Counted from the first letter of the whole stretch, positions 45,667 through 58,314 are shown. The stretch is 62,919 bases of DNA, filler included, from Vannella sp. (GCA_023345925.1; 8 parts of 8 records of this genome joined end to end with filler, not necessarily neighbours in it); one strand, 5' to 3'. Made by a program: numbers and translations. The notes: generated by a model from the sequence alone, not told the origin.

Positions 45667-48262
45667 TTGACTGCAAAGCTTGTTCGTCTTCTTCTTGGTG
45701 AGTCGGGTGAAGATGAGACTGAAAATCGTTCCGACTAAGGGAGAGAGAGTGTCCCACAAGGTCACTTCCAACACAACCACAAGAATGGCAAATCCGTGTT
45801 GGTCTTGCAGAGGAGAATCGAGAAGCTTCTGGAAGATGCCCAGCACGGCACTCAGCTTGCCACTTTGGATAATTGTGGAAATGTCCTTTCGCAGGAACGA
45901 CTTGATCAGTCGGGTGAGCGCTGGAATGTTGCCAGTTTCCTTCCAAATAGCAGGCTGAAGGATGGTCTCAAGCAGCTGCTTGTGAGACTCGTTAAATCCA
46001 CCAGTTGGATTCAACTCCAAGAACATTGCCAGAAGCTGGTAGACGTACGGGGAGAAGTCTATGAGGGAGCGTTAGAACTTAGCTAAGAGCTTATCAGAGA
46101 GTCACTTACTAGCTGTGTCGTTCTGCAAGATTCCGGTCATGGTTGGGAGAATCATCGCTTCGAACTGGGCAACCATGGCTGGGTCCTTATCGTAAAGACA
46201 GGAACACAAGCAAGCGACAGACTCAAAGACATAGTGATCGAAGGCAGGGATGGTGGGGGCCTTGACAATGCGTTCGATAATAGCGACCAATTCGCTCATA
46301 ATCTGCTGTGATGCAGAAGCTACTCTGCCCTTGGACACATCAAGGACGCGCATAATCAACCGCATCAAATACTCATTGTTCTGGCAGTCAGCCTTCGCCA
46401 GACGGCCAAAAGCGGCGGTAAAGATGGAGAGAATAAACGGTTCCAGAGCCTCTGCTCCAAAGCGGGGACTTCGGTTGGCTTCCTTAACAGTCAGAAGTCG
46501 CTCAATACAGGCAGCAGCATACGAGGCTACGACAATCACAGGAGAACTGATCATCTTCACAGCAGCTTCAATAATAGAAGGGAACGCGTTGGCAGGGAGA
46601 AGCGACCGGAAGGAGCAGATGAACTTCAAACTGTCTGCTTGAATGACAGCGTGATTGTTAGGATAAGCTTTCAGCTCAGTGAGGACTTGCCCGTTGAAGA
46701 ATTCTCCAATCGGCACATGTTCATTGACTGACGTTGTCCCCTCCATTCGGGTGGACCCGCTAATTGCTAGCGCAGAGATCAAATGGAAGGCAACGTCCTT
46801 ATCGCTCCACTTCTCGCTGGGGTTGCTGGCATAAGAGTTCAGAAGGTTCATCACATAAGAGGCGAAGATTTGAGTCACGTTAGCTTCGTTGTGCCTTCTC
46901 AGGCCCTGGACTAACTGAGCAGCACTGCTTCTACTTGTCAAGAGGTTGGAGTCTTCAAGGTCGGCGCGAATGTACTCTGTCGGGTTCTCTTCAAAGTTGA
47001 TTTCGTCGTTGTCTCTGAAGCGCATGTTGGGGATGACAAGGCGCTCACAGATCTGCGTGAGGCTGTCCTTGGCAGAGAGCTGTTCGTGAGCAACGCCCTT
47101 GCTAATCATGGTGAGCATTTGCATGCCGCGAGCCAAGAGAGAGTCGTATTTGGGCTGGGACGGGTCAATCTTTGTGAGCAAGTTCCATACGGCCTTCATA
47201 AACTCGCCAATGAAGGGCTGGAACTCCTCTTCGTACTTCTCCACGTACACAGTGAGGTTCTGGCAGATATCTGCCTTGACCTTTAACAGAATACCTGGCT
47301 TATCTTCGTCCTGCCCGCCCACCAAGTCAGTTCCGGCTACTTTCCCGTACCAGAATGGAACAGCGATCACTGTAGACTACTCACATCGCCGACCAGCTCA
47401 TCAGAAGAGTCGTCAAAGGAGAGGTGCTGAAGGTGTTGGGTCATGTAGAAGGGCAGCTTGTCCTCGATTACCGCGGGAAGGTCAACGTAGTTGAGGCAGT
47501 AGAAGATACGGTAGAGCTGGTGGAGCATCTCGAAGGCTACGCGGAGCCCTGCGGGATTGGAACGCTCGGAGGTGATGAGTTGCTCGCAGAACTTGAATTC
47601 CTCCTCCAGTGGCCCTGCAACGTGAGACAGGACAAATGCCAACTCAACATTGATCATTTCTACGTTCGAAGCGGTCCGGTATCGACGAAGGACCGAGAAA
47701 GTCGCCTTGAGAAGGTCCACTACAGAGTCGTACCGTTTAGCCTGGATGGCTTGGCTTGTCAGTGTCACCAGTTGCTATAAGCACTATAGTGAGTAACATA
47801 TGTTGGAAGCAGAAGCAACGGGCTTACAGGCAACACGTCTTGCCACTTTTCAGGGAAGTCGTTCAGGCAGATGAGCTCGATACACTCGACCAACTGCTTC
47901 TGAACAGCTCCAGAGGAGGACAACATCAAGTTGATAAGGCTGGCTCTGATGAAACCGCACTGATCGGCCGGTAGAGTGTACTCTTGAGTCTCATCCATCG
48001 GCCAGAAGCGAAGGACGAGGTTCTTGAAGTAGATCGCCCCCGCCTGGGAGATTCCAGCGTTCTGACCGGCTGCAGTTACTACTTGAAGTAACTGCTGAGC
48101 GAACTGGGGCTGCTTCTCCAGGCTAGCGAGAGCTTCCGTAGCTAAGGACCCTCCGTGTCAGCGTTCTTTCAACTCATCACCCCTAGAAGCCTCTCTCATA
48201 CCTTGTTTGATCTGCTCTGGGCTTCCATTGATGGTGTAACCTAATGCAGTGGCGATGTCCAT
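45667..48262 (-). CDS. CSE1: Exportin-2 / CSE1; 4 introns; 3'-truncated
   Basis: IBN_N AIYFKN, DFPEKWQDVLP, FEENPTEYIRADLE, NEYLMR, FDHYVFES, GNIPALTRL. Confidence 0.93.
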
Positions 48263-48363
48263 GGGCAGAAGTAGAAGGGAGCCACAAAGTGATCTTCCCG
48301 CCAAAACAAGGGAAAGGAGGGGCTTCTCCCGCCCATTTGCTTTCTTTGAAGTTGTTTAGTCAG

Positions 48364-49053
48364 CTACAAGAAGGTTGGGTAGTCAGACGCAAGGTAGAAG
48401 AGCCAGGCCATCAGCAACCCGGACACAAAGAACATGGCGAACGGGAATGTCACTTTGGCACCCAACAGGAGGCTCAGAGACAGGCAGGTTGAAACAACGG
48501 ACCTCTTTGATGGGTTCACATCATGTATATATGCATTGTCATCCTCTCCTTGGTCTGAGCTTGAAGAGGGAGGAGAGACAAGGCTGGTTCGAGCTCGTCC
48601 GCAGGGTAGAAAGCTCCAAAGGACGCTCAGTCCGTAGTATGTTGCTATTATACATAAGAAGATGAAAGCTTGGCTCATCCGGACCTCCCACAGCGGAGCA
48701 GCGCACCACGGACACGAAGGCAAGGTGGGATCATTGATGTTGCACTCATTAGTGGCCCCAGCCCACTTCCACGTACATCCACATTGAAAGATAAAGTCAC
48801 AATAAGGTAGAAGGAACATCCAAATGATGATGCACGCCAAGAGCGACACCACAACGAACTCCGCTGTGCGAAGAAGAACCTTTAGAAGCTGCATTCGCCT
48901 CCGTCTTGGCCTCTGAAGCGCTAACGAAGGAGAAGAACACAAGAGCTCTTCCTCATAGTCTCCAAACGAGTAGCCCGCAGCCTGCCCAGCGAAAGCTAAG
49001 CGATCTGTAATCAACCCGTCCTCGTAAGTGATCGACAAGTTGACCCGTTCCAT
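48364..49053 (-). CDS. Three-TM membrane protein with a Cys-rich loop
   Basis: CDFIFQCGCTWKWAGATNECNINDPTLPSCPWC between hydrophobic helices. Confidence 0.7.
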   Translation of the reverse strand: MERVNLSITYEDGLITDRLAFAGQAAGYSFGDYEEELLCSSPSLALQRPRRRRMQLLKVLLRTAEFVVVSLLACIIIWMFLLPYCDFIFQCGCTWKWAGATNECNINDPTLPSCPWCAAPLWEVRMSQAFIFLCIIATYYGLSVLWSFLPCGRARTSLVSPPSSSSDQGEDDNAYIHDVNPSKRSVVSTCLSLSLLLGAKVTFPFAMFFVSGLLMAWLFYLASDYPTFL

Positions 49054-49108
49054 GCCGGAGGGCTGAAAGAATGCTTCCTAAAGCTAACCAACAAGTGTAT
49101 CATTCGTT

Positions 49109-50517
49109 TTATTGCTTCTGGAGGACTTGGCGACCTTGAACGAAGACGCTACGGACGTTAATAGCACTTCCCAAGAAGATGAATTTCTGGAAGATGTCTT
49201 CCATGCTGTTGGCGACAAAGTCATAGGTGTGGAAGGGTGAGTCAGGGCATTGAGGGTCGATGATGAGTGCGTCGAAGCTCTTCCCGACGTGGAGAGTGCC
49301 GAGGGAGTCGGTCATGTCGAAAAGTTCGGCATTTCCGAGTGTTGCGAGGTGGAAGACCTCTTTGAAGGAGAGTGGGGCACTGGAAGGGTCGTTGAAGTAG
49401 ATGGCTGTTGAAGCAATGACAGCTTGGCGCATCACTTCGAGCATGGAAGGAGAATAGCCCCCAGATACATCCGTTCCCAGTCCCACTTTAACGCCAGCTT
49501 CTTTCGCTCTTCTGACATGGAATACTCCGCTGCGAAGCGCGAAGTTAGAGATAGGGCAGTGAGAAATACCAGCACCCAGTCTAGCAAAGAGCTGGAGCTC
49601 CTCGTCCGAAAGGTAAATCCCGTGACCCATTATTGTCTTGTTCGTGAGGAGTCCGTAATGTGCATACACTTCCGCATAGCTCTTTAGCTCTGGATGGAGC
49701 TGCTTAACCCATTCCACCTCATCTCGGTTCTCGGAAATGTGGGATTGGACTGGTAAGTTGCCCTCAGCGGCCAGATTCCCCAATTCCTGGAGTAACTCTG
49801 GCGTGCAGCTGGGAACGAAGCGGGGAGTGATAATAGGCAGTACTTCAGCAACATTGGGACTCCCTTCTTTCCTCTTTTGAGCCTCCTGAGCAGTAAACTG
49901 CAGGAACCGCTTCGTATCCTCGAGAGATTGGGAGGAGCTTTCCGAGTAGGTGGGAGGTGAGTTGCGGTCCATATTGATCTTTCCCACTAGAGCACGTTGT
50001 CCTTTCTCATAGAGAAGCTCCACAAGTGCTTGGGTCGCTTGTAGATCGATTGTGGCGTAGTACGAGGCAGTGGTGGTACCGTTGGTCAGGGTTTGGTCAA
50101 TAACGTCGGAGTAGACCTTGCGAGCGAGGGCGCAATCGGATAGCTTTGTCTCGGATGGGAAAGTGTACTTTTCTAACCACTGGAGGAGGGGAAGATCGTA
50201 GCCAGTACCGGTAAACGAGTACTGAGGAGCGTGGATGTGGCTGTCCATGAAACCAGGGATGATGAAACCAGGCTCCTTCACTTCCACTACTTCCACATCA
50301 CTTCCCCAACTCTTCAATTCATCCACAGCAGCCTCTCTCATGAAAGAGATCGTCCCATTCGCCGCCACACCAACCGCCCGATTCCGAAGTATCTAACCCA
50401 TACCATCCACTTCAGTCATCTCCCAGAGCACCTCCCAGACGTCATACACACCTCAATCTCCGAGAACGAAGTGCTGTTGATCACAGTCCCCAAAAGCACG
50501 CGCGCCACGCCGCTCAT
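49109..50517 (-). CDS. GDA: Guanine deaminase (amidohydrolase); one intron near the 5' end
   Basis: PGFMDSHIHAPQY, LLQWLEKYTFP.E, ITPRFVPSC, QSHISEN, HCPISN, GTDVSGG. Confidence 0.95.
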
Positions 50518-50636
50518 CCAAGACCCCCAAAAAATGGGTTCTTTGCCCCAATTCTCTGTCCAAAGCCTTTAAATGAGAATATAAAAGAGATGAGCAGATG
50601 GAGAACATCAAAAAAGGGGTCTTTGGCGGAGAAATC

Positions 50637-52538
50637 TCAAAAAGGAGTTGAGTGGCTGGAGACTTCGAGATGGCGTTTCTTGACTTCTTTGAAGGCCTTG
50701 TAGATATGTGCGGCATCGGAATGGGATAGGTGGAACGTGTGGCGGATAGTGGTGGGATCCATGAGCATCAAGTGGCCCACAAGAGCTTTCAGTTCGAGAA
50801 CGCGCTGTTTGGGAAGGTCGATATTGCTCTCTGTTAAATAGGCGAAGCTCGCTTCTGGTGTCTGGTTCTGGCATATTCCACACTCATCCAAATGAACATC
50901 ATCCAACACCAATCCGTTGGTGAGTGTGTGAAGACTCAACAGAATCCTCTGACGCTGCATCACGTCCTCCACACCTAAACTGGTCAAGATGTTCCCTTTC
51001 ACCTTTCCCAGGTGGTGCACAGTCATTTCTTTCTCGAGAGTCTGGGCGATATGGGTGACATTGTCCACTCCAAAGTGGTTCAAAACGAATCTCAGATCAT
51101 TGAAAGTCAGTTTCTCCGGTTCGAAAGGACTCCATTTGCCCCGCATTTTGTTGTGAAAGTCAGTTTCCCATTGTGCTGCTACTTCAAGGAGAAGTTCAAA
51201 GGAGCGGACACTTTCTAGCTCTTTGTTGATTCGCTTTTGGTCCTCCAAAGTAGCCTGAAGAGCTTCAAGAAGGCTGCCTTGTTCTTTGCTCTGTTCAATG
51301 CCTTGAGCCCCTTCCAATTCATTCTCTGGAAGAGCCTTTCTCGCTTCTAATTGGGAAATAGAATTGGTCTGGAAGTCTTTTTCTGCTTCCAGTGCCTCCC
51401 GCTTTTGTACTATCGTTGTATAAAGGCCATTCCAGTTGGCAGCTGGAGTCTCTCCTGTTATCAGACCTTCTTCGAATGCTCCTCGATGACATTCCAGCAG
51501 TTCTTTGCTCCTTATGGGAAGGGGATCCGCCTTCCTGAGGCTTTCTTGGCTTTCGCAGACCGTTTTGATGTCGGCCCAGTCTGGCTTCCATTTGATGGGA
51601 GCCAGTCTCAGTTGCGTTGGGCCGTTTCGTCCGAACATCAAAACGCTCCCATCTGGAAAGAGAGCCAGAGAATGGTTCAGTCCAGCTAGCAATCCACTTG
51701 CCCCTTTCAAAGAGGCCACACACACTGGGAAGGGCTGGTCATTCACACCCATTAACTGTCCTTTAGAGCCGCTGCCCCAGGCCCAAACATCGCCTTTCTC
51801 ATCTAAAGCGAGAGAATGGGACCCTCCACACGAGGCCATGCGAATGGGAGGGATTCCTTCGATGATATGGAGTACTTCGTGGTCTCCATTACGTCCCAGT
51901 TGCCCATGAGAGGGATCTCCAGCAGTCCAAACAGCGCCTTGATGGTCCACGATCAAGATACTGTGGGAGAGGGCTTCTAGGCAACGGTATGGTCCTTTGG
52001 GACATTTCATCACCTGTTTAGGAGTCTTTTGTTGGACGTTGTTGGTATGGCCAAGGCCCAGCTGCCCTTTAGAGTTACTACCGGAGACCCATAGACCTTC
52101 CCTTGCTTCTGCCACGAGAAAGCTGCTTCCACAAGCCACTTTGATGAACGGAGGGAGAGTGCCAGAGATGCTTCTACGTGCTTTGGCTGTTGGAATGGCT
52201 CTCCACACCTGAATGGCACCGTTGGAGTCCAAAGCGGCGTTCTCGGATTCGCCAATCGATACAAGAGAGGCACGAGGAATCCCAGGGACCCTCTGGAAGG
52301 TCAGCAGTGGAGTACTGTTGGATAATGTACCAGCTTGCCACACGCCGCCTGTCTCATCGAGTACAAGGGAGTGGGACTGTCCCCAGTCTACTTGAACCGG
52401 TCTGGGGCCTTTCCAGGGCACCGCTACCAGCTCTACTTGCTTCTCCCTATGACCAAGACCGAGTTGTCCCTGGTCGTTATTACCAAAAGCCATCAGCGCG
52501 CCCTCAACAATGACAATCGTGTGCTCCCCCAAAGGCAT
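50637..52538 (-). CDS. RCC1-repeat + coiled-coil + SAM-like/H-CxxC...H module protein, intronless
   Basis: GNNDQGQLGLG, GSNSKGQLGLG, CGGSHSLAL, AGLNHSLAL RCC1 repeats; C-terminus HLDECGICQNQTPE aligns with 3..407 and 27438..28499. Confidence 0.88.
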   Translation of the reverse strand: MPLGEHTIVIVEGALMAFGNNDQGQLGLGHREKQVELVAVPWKGPRPVQVDWGQSHSLVLDETGGVWQAGTLSNSTPLLTFQRVPGIPRASLVSIGESENAALDSNGAIQVWRAIPTAKARRSISGTLPPFIKVACGSSFLVAEAREGLWVSGSNSKGQLGLGHTNNVQQKTPKQVMKCPKGPYRCLEALSHSILIVDHQGAVWTAGDPSHGQLGRNGDHEVLHIIEGIPPIRMASCGGSHSLALDEKGDVWAWGSGSKGQLMGVNDQPFPVCVASLKGASGLLAGLNHSLALFPDGSVLMFGRNGPTQLRLAPIKWKPDWADIKTVCESQESLRKADPLPIRSKELLECHRGAFEEGLITGETPAANWNGLYTTIVQKREALEAEKDFQTNSISQLEARKALPENELEGAQGIEQSKEQGSLLEALQATLEDQKRINKELESVRSFELLLEVAAQWETDFHNKMRGKWSPFEPEKLTFNDLRFVLNHFGVDNVTHIAQTLEKEMTVHHLGKVKGNILTSLGVEDVMQRQRILLSLHTLTNGLVLDDVHLDECGICQNQTPEASFAYLTESNIDLPKQRVLELKALVGHLMLMDPTTIRHTFHLSHSDAAHIYKAFKEVKKRHLEVSSHSTPF

Positions 52539-52598
52539 CCCAGCAAATGGCCTTTTCGAGTGTCTTTTGGCTCTTTATGCCCCTTTGATGGTCCAGAT

Positions 52599-53724
52599 CT
52601 ACCATTCCTTGTTCAAGGAAACCATAATGGAGGTCAGATTGTCCTGGGAGACCCTGAGGGAGGCGTGGCACAGTTTTTTCATGACTTCGGTTTGGCTGCA
52701 TTGGGGGTCCTCTTCTCTCACTCTGCAGACCTGGTTTACCAAGTCCTGCGGTTCATATCCCTCGAGCAAGCCATCAGACACAACGAGAAGGAACTGATCG
52801 AGTTTCTGGTCAATCTTGCGGACGGTAATGTCCGGCTCAGCTGGAATCAGGTCTTTTCCATTGACTTTGTAGAACTCGTTACCCAACGCTCGGGTCATGG
52901 ACAGTCCGCCTTCACCGTTCAAAAAGACCCTTTTGCGATCTAATTGGGATGAGGAAAACGAAAGAAGAGGACTTTTGAGGAGAGACTCAACCAACATAGA
53001 ACTCGACGTCACCGCCATCTCTTGTCACTCTCTCCGCCTCCACAGCATCTGAATAGCCCGCGTGAGCGCATTCTTGAGTTCAGGATGACTTACTGTCGGG
53101 AGTATGGTCTTCTGTCAGAGCTACGGCTAGGCCATTTTGACAGAGAATCGCGCGAGAGTCTCCCAAGTTAGCAGTCCACATGGTGTCTTCCAGCAACACC
53201 GAAACGACCGCAGTGCTGCCATCCCTTCCGTACTTTCTGCATTAAATGAATCAGCACCACCCGGCCAAGGTAGACGACCTTTCAGGGACTTACTGAGGAT
53301 TATCTTGGAGCACTCTCCGGTCCACTTCGTAAATCGATTGCCTCAAGCACTCCTGAACTGTCTCCTCGTTGAGGCTTTCTGGCACCCTTGTGAGTCAGAG
53401 ATCATTCATTAGGTGGCTTATGAACGCACTGTCAGCGAGCAAGGAAGCCAAGATCTCGGCAAAGTTCTGATGCGCGTAGCTGGAGGTTATCTGGCCACCA
53501 TGACCATCAAAGACTGCGAAGAGACCCAGATTTTGCGGGAGAGCCTTCGAGCTATGGCTTGCAAGGCAAGGGATGGCCAAGTGGCGGTCTTCCATGTAAT
53601 CACGATTACCTGAAAGCTCAGCCGACCCAAAAGCCCACACCTTTGAGGCCCCGTTTGATTTACAGGCCCGCGTTACCATCAGCAAAGGTGACAACGTGCG
53701 GCTGCTCACTGCCTTGCACAGCAT
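52599..53724 (-). CDS. PP2C (PPM) protein phosphatase, possible mitochondrial presequence; about 4 introns
   Basis: GNRDYMED, VFDGHGG, DGSTA, ANLGDSRA, LTEDH, MTRALG, SDGL, SQDNLT. Confidence 0.92.
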
Positions 53725-54366
53725 GTCTATCCCAATCAAACCAAAGAGTGAAAGAGTTCGAAGGAAACAAAGAAGCGATTCCCAAGTATTGGAAGAAATC
53801 CGAGGAAATTGTTCGAGTTTTTCTGTTCTTCTTGTGATACGGTGAACCAAGGGAAGAGGGTTCCAAAACTCACTGTTCACGTAGAGTGTCCTTTACCAAT
53901 GAACTTTTTATGTATTTTGGTCGAGGTACTTTGACCATCCTCTCAAGCGAAGGAAAAGTGACCCTCATAATATCATATAAAATCATCATTCGCATTGGTG
54001 ACAGTCTAATATAGAAGCACTTTTCAATGGAGGCCAGCAGACCACGTGGTTGACTGGGGCGGTGAATTCTCTCTGAGGGTAAATCGCCGCTTTTCTCGGT
54101 GGGAGCACCAAAAATCATTGCCAGCTTTCAGAATTTGAAAGAGTACTGTATGAATACATCACTGATAGTGCCTAACCATCAGAGGGCAGTAAACCCCGAT
54201 TTTCACACTTTGGGGGGTTTTCTTACTTGGGTTTAAGGGAGGGTGAAGAACAGTTAATAACTCTCGTTGCAATGTATCGAGGATTTTTATTATTTTTTTT
54301 GTGGAAAAACGGGTTTTAATTAGGGAACCCGCTTCCTCCTTCTTGCGCAAGGAGGCCGGAGTGGAT

Positions 54367-54466
54367 NNNNNNNNNNNNNNNNNNNNNNNNNNNNNNNNNN
54401 NNNNNNNNNNTTAATTAATTAANNNNNNNNNNNNNNNNNNNNNNNNNNNNNNNNNNNNNNNNNNNN
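54367..54466. other. Artificial contig-join spacer
   Basis: N44-TTAATTAATTAA-N44. Confidence 0.99.
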
Positions 54467-54960
54467 CTGGTGACTACATTCCCACTCTCTTTGATAACTA
54501 CTCGGCCAATGTAATGGTGGACAACAAACCCATCAACCTTGGCCTCTGGGACACTGCTGGACAAGAGGATTACGATCGTCTTCGTCCTCTTTCCTACCCT
54601 CAGACGGACGTCTTCCTTGCGTGCTTCTCCATCATCTCCCCCGCTTCCTTCGAGAACGTCAAGGCCAAGTGGTACCCAGAAATTAACCACCACTGCCCCA
54701 ACGTCCCCATCCTTGTAGTGGCAACCAAGTTGGACTTGCGAGAGGACAAAGCCACCATCGACCGTCTTGCGGAAAAGAAGCTTGCTCCCGTTCAGCACCA
54801 GCAGGGCGTTCAACTTGCTAAGGAGATTAACGCTGCCAAGTTTTTGGAGTGCTCTGCCTTGACCCAGAAGGGACTGAAGGCTGTCTTCGACGAGGCCATT
54901 CGCACCGTCCTTCAGCCTGCTCCCGTCAAGAAGAAGAAGGGCGGCTGCCTCCTCATCTAA
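54467..54960 (+). CDS. RAC1: Rac-family Rho GTPase, 5'-truncated
   Basis: [48 protein letters not shown], polybasic KKKK + CLLI. Confidence 0.93.
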
Positions 54961-55276
54961 GTTCCTTCGTATTCATGTATAATACACTTTAGTTCTTCCT
55001 TTAACCAGGTGCCTCTCTTCCTTACAAAGCCACTCAGCAGGTCCAACGCGAAGGTTCCACTCTTTTCAGCAAAGGTAGCCTTCCTGGAGACCACTGCAAG
55101 CTCACGAACGAATGCCATGGAACCTGAGTAGTGAAGGACTCTCTCTGTCATTCAAGAGAGCTTCAGTACTAAGCTCAGACTTGAGGCGGATCGGGTCACC
55201 AGTGAAGCGAAGGAAATAGGTGAGAAACGGAGTGTCTGGTCTTTGGTAGTCAGAAGTGGGAGCCATTCGTTGAGGC

Positions 55277-58200
55277 ATGGGGGTGAAGAAGCTGTGGGAT
55301 GTGGTGAGGGCGTCGGGCAGGAGAAGCTGCCTGGAGGAGCTACGAGGGAAGCGCGTAGCCATTGACGTATCGATCTGGTTGAATGCTTTCGTCAAGGTTC
55401 TCCATGATCGAGGGGGAAAGGAGCAAGGATCAGCAGTGAAAGGCATCTTCTTTCGGTGTTGCAAGCTCCTCCTTCATCACATCCGTCCCGTGTTTGTCTT
55501 CGATGGAGGAGTACCTGCATTGAAGATGAACACCATACGTAGGCGCCTGCAGGCTCGACAGATCTCCCAAACCAACCTCCAGAAGACTGCGAGGCAGCTC
55601 TTCCTCACTCGGCTCACCCAACTTGCTACCCAAGGCGCTCTCAACGATCCTCTATGGAGGGAACAGCTATCAGGAGAGATTGAGAGCTCCCTGGGTATCA
55701 CAGGAGAAGATCTTGAGGAAAGTCCAGCCTTCTCACCTCTGCCAGAAGAGGAGAAACGAGATTCCGACGAGGAAGAGCCAGTTCTGCCTGATTTGAGTGT
55801 TTGGTTCGAGTCCTCTTCTGAGAGCAGTGATGATGAGTGCTCGTCGTTCTCCCACACAAACCCCCAACTTCGTATTCCCGAGTTCCGCCCCTCTCCTTTG
55901 CCTCCTCCCCGTTCTGACCGGTCACAACGCGATAGAGAAGGACAGGAGGACATCCAGCAAGAAGTAACTCAGATAGGGGTAGGTTATTCCTCCCGATAGC
56001 GGTTGCTAATGCCATTCCAGGACGTAAATGACATTGACGTGGATGCGTTCCGCTCTCTACCCCCCGATTTGATGAGAGATATTGTGGCTCAAACTGAGAT
56101 GAAGCGAAGGAATATCACTTCGTATTCCTTGGGTGCTCCGGTCGCCGTCGTCGCTTCTCCTTTGCGAAGAAGCAGTTCTTCTACTTCCAGTCCCCTTATT
56201 TCTCCAAACCAGCTGTATTCTGCCTCACCGGATCAAATCTCTCAAATGCAAGTGCAGAGCATTCTACAAAGGGGTCAGGTTGGCCGGAAACTGGATGAAA
56301 TGCGGAATGTCATTCGAATGGAAGGCTGGCAAGGCGTTCGCTCTAGTCCTGGAGAATATCAGATTCACATCAAAGCAGACAGTCCCATGTATGTGGTCTC
56401 CATCTCTCCCTAGTTTCCCACTCATCAATAACGGATAGCACCCCAGACACTATCTTTCGACAAGGAGAGAAAGCCTCTCGCCAACCAACCGGAGAGCAAA
56501 CCGCTTCTGATAGCTCAACCAAAGAGGATTCCGCGGTCCCGAAGAAGGATCAGGAGGAACACCTTGCAATCATGTTTGGATCTGATTCTGAAAGCGTATC
56601 AGAATCAGATGTTTCCGCGAGTGACAATGATGGAGAACATGAAGTAGCATTGGAGTCCTCTCAGTTTGGTGAATCACTTACACCAACTTCGTTGTCTTCT
56701 CTCACTCAGTCATCTCAACGGAGGGAGCCGAAGGCAATTCCCATCAATTTGGATGGAGAGTCCAGCTCAGAAGACGAAGATTTGGACATGGAAGACGAAA
56801 ATGATCTTCAAGCGGCTTTACAACTCTCACTCCAGAGCTCAACGTCACTCTCACCATCTCCAAATAGTGCTGATGAAAAGGTCACAGTTGTTTCTACGTC
56901 TCCAGCACAGCCAAAAGTACAAATTTCGCTTCAGACTTCAATGTCAGCGATAGTAGCATCTCCTTGTGATGCTGATGAAGTCACGGTCATTTCTGCAACT
57001 CAAACACAGCCAAAAGTACATTTTCCACTTCCAAGTCCAACGACAGACATTGTAGCAAGTCCTTATGATGCTGATGATGAGGTCACAATTCTTTCTACTT
57101 CTCCTACACAGCCAAAGGTCATACAACTGATCGAACAAGAACCTCTTCTTTCTCCCTTCAATGATATTGATCAAGGCAGCTATCTAGCACAGCCAAAGGT
57201 TATTCAAGTCATCGAAGTAGACTCTCTTGGTTCCCCTCCTAACGACATTGATCCTGGAAGCGATTCCAATGTGGCGTTTCCAGCAGAGACACAATCTCCT
57301 ATCCCTGCAAAAGATTCTCACTCTCTGGCAATGCTGAAGCCTCTCGAAGAGTTGAGCGTGCAACTGGAAAAGGAAGCAACCTTTTTGTCACAGAAAGCAA
57401 GACAGCAAACTTTCCAGACAGGCTCGGTCACTAGTGCCATTGTCGAGGAGGTTCATACTCTCTTACGGATGTTTGGCATTCCGTTTATTGTGTCCCCTGG
57501 GGAAGCCGAAGCCCAATGCGCTTGTTTACTGGAGGCCAATATTGTGGATGCTGTGGCTACGGAGGACAGTGATGTTCTTCTTTTTGGTGCCACAGAAGTG
57601 TTTAAGAACCTTTTCAACCAGAATGAGGAGATAGAGAGGTACGGGGTGAATGCAATCCAAACTGACTTGTGCCTCTCTCGAGATGCCTTGATTGATTATG
57701 CCCTGTTGGTTGGAAGTGACTACACCGATGGCATCCCTGGCATCGGACCAGTCTTAGCGTTGGAGATTCTCGCCGAGTTCCAAACGATTGAGTCGTTTGC
57801 AGAATGGATTCGCCAATTGGACACTGAAGCGGAGACTAGTACTAAGGAGATGAACCCCCTCCATCGGAAGCTGTTGAAAATGGTGCGGGCTGGCAAACTG
57901 GATCTCAAAGAGTCATTTCCTGAACAAGTTGTGAGAAACGCTTATTTGCACCCCAACGTGCACCACCGGACAGAGCAGTTTACTTGGGAGTATCCTGACT
58001 CACAAAAGATCCGAGCGTACATGAATGAGAAGGTCAATTGGTCGGAGGAAAAGACAAACACACAGCTGGGTCCAGTTATTCGAGCAGTCGCGAACTTCCG
58101 GTCGGCTGAGCGACAAGCTTCATCGCTTCCTTCCCTCTCCCTGCCGTCTCTCACTGGGAGAAGGTTGGCCCCTCGACTGACCAGTCAAAGAGCCACCCAA

Positions 58201-58314
58201 GCCTTTGCTCGCTTAGTCAGCCCAAAAGCAAACTCGCCAGTGGAAAAACGTGCTCGCTCACTCTCTTCGGAAGAAGACGCCCCTCATGTGCCCACCAAGA
58301 GGCGAAAGAGATAA
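55277..58314 (+). CDS. XPG: XPG/Rad2 structure-specific endonuclease; 2 introns
   Basis: XPG-N MGVKKLW..AIDVSIW..PVFVFDG; XPG-I PGEAEAQC, TEDSD, GSDYTDGIPGIG; UBM-like FRSLPPDL and UIM-like DLQAALQLSL. Confidence 0.93.
56866..57262 (+). repeat. Coding tandem repeats in the XPG spacer (three ~33-34-aa units, two ~27-aa units)
   Basis: ADE-VT-hhS-TxxxQPKV x3; QPKVIQhIE..SPxNDIDxGS x2. Confidence 0.85.

Noticed and set aside
55800..55815. GGTTCGAGTCC T-loop-like motif
   Set aside because: Inside the XPG coding exon with no cloverleaf; not a tRNA
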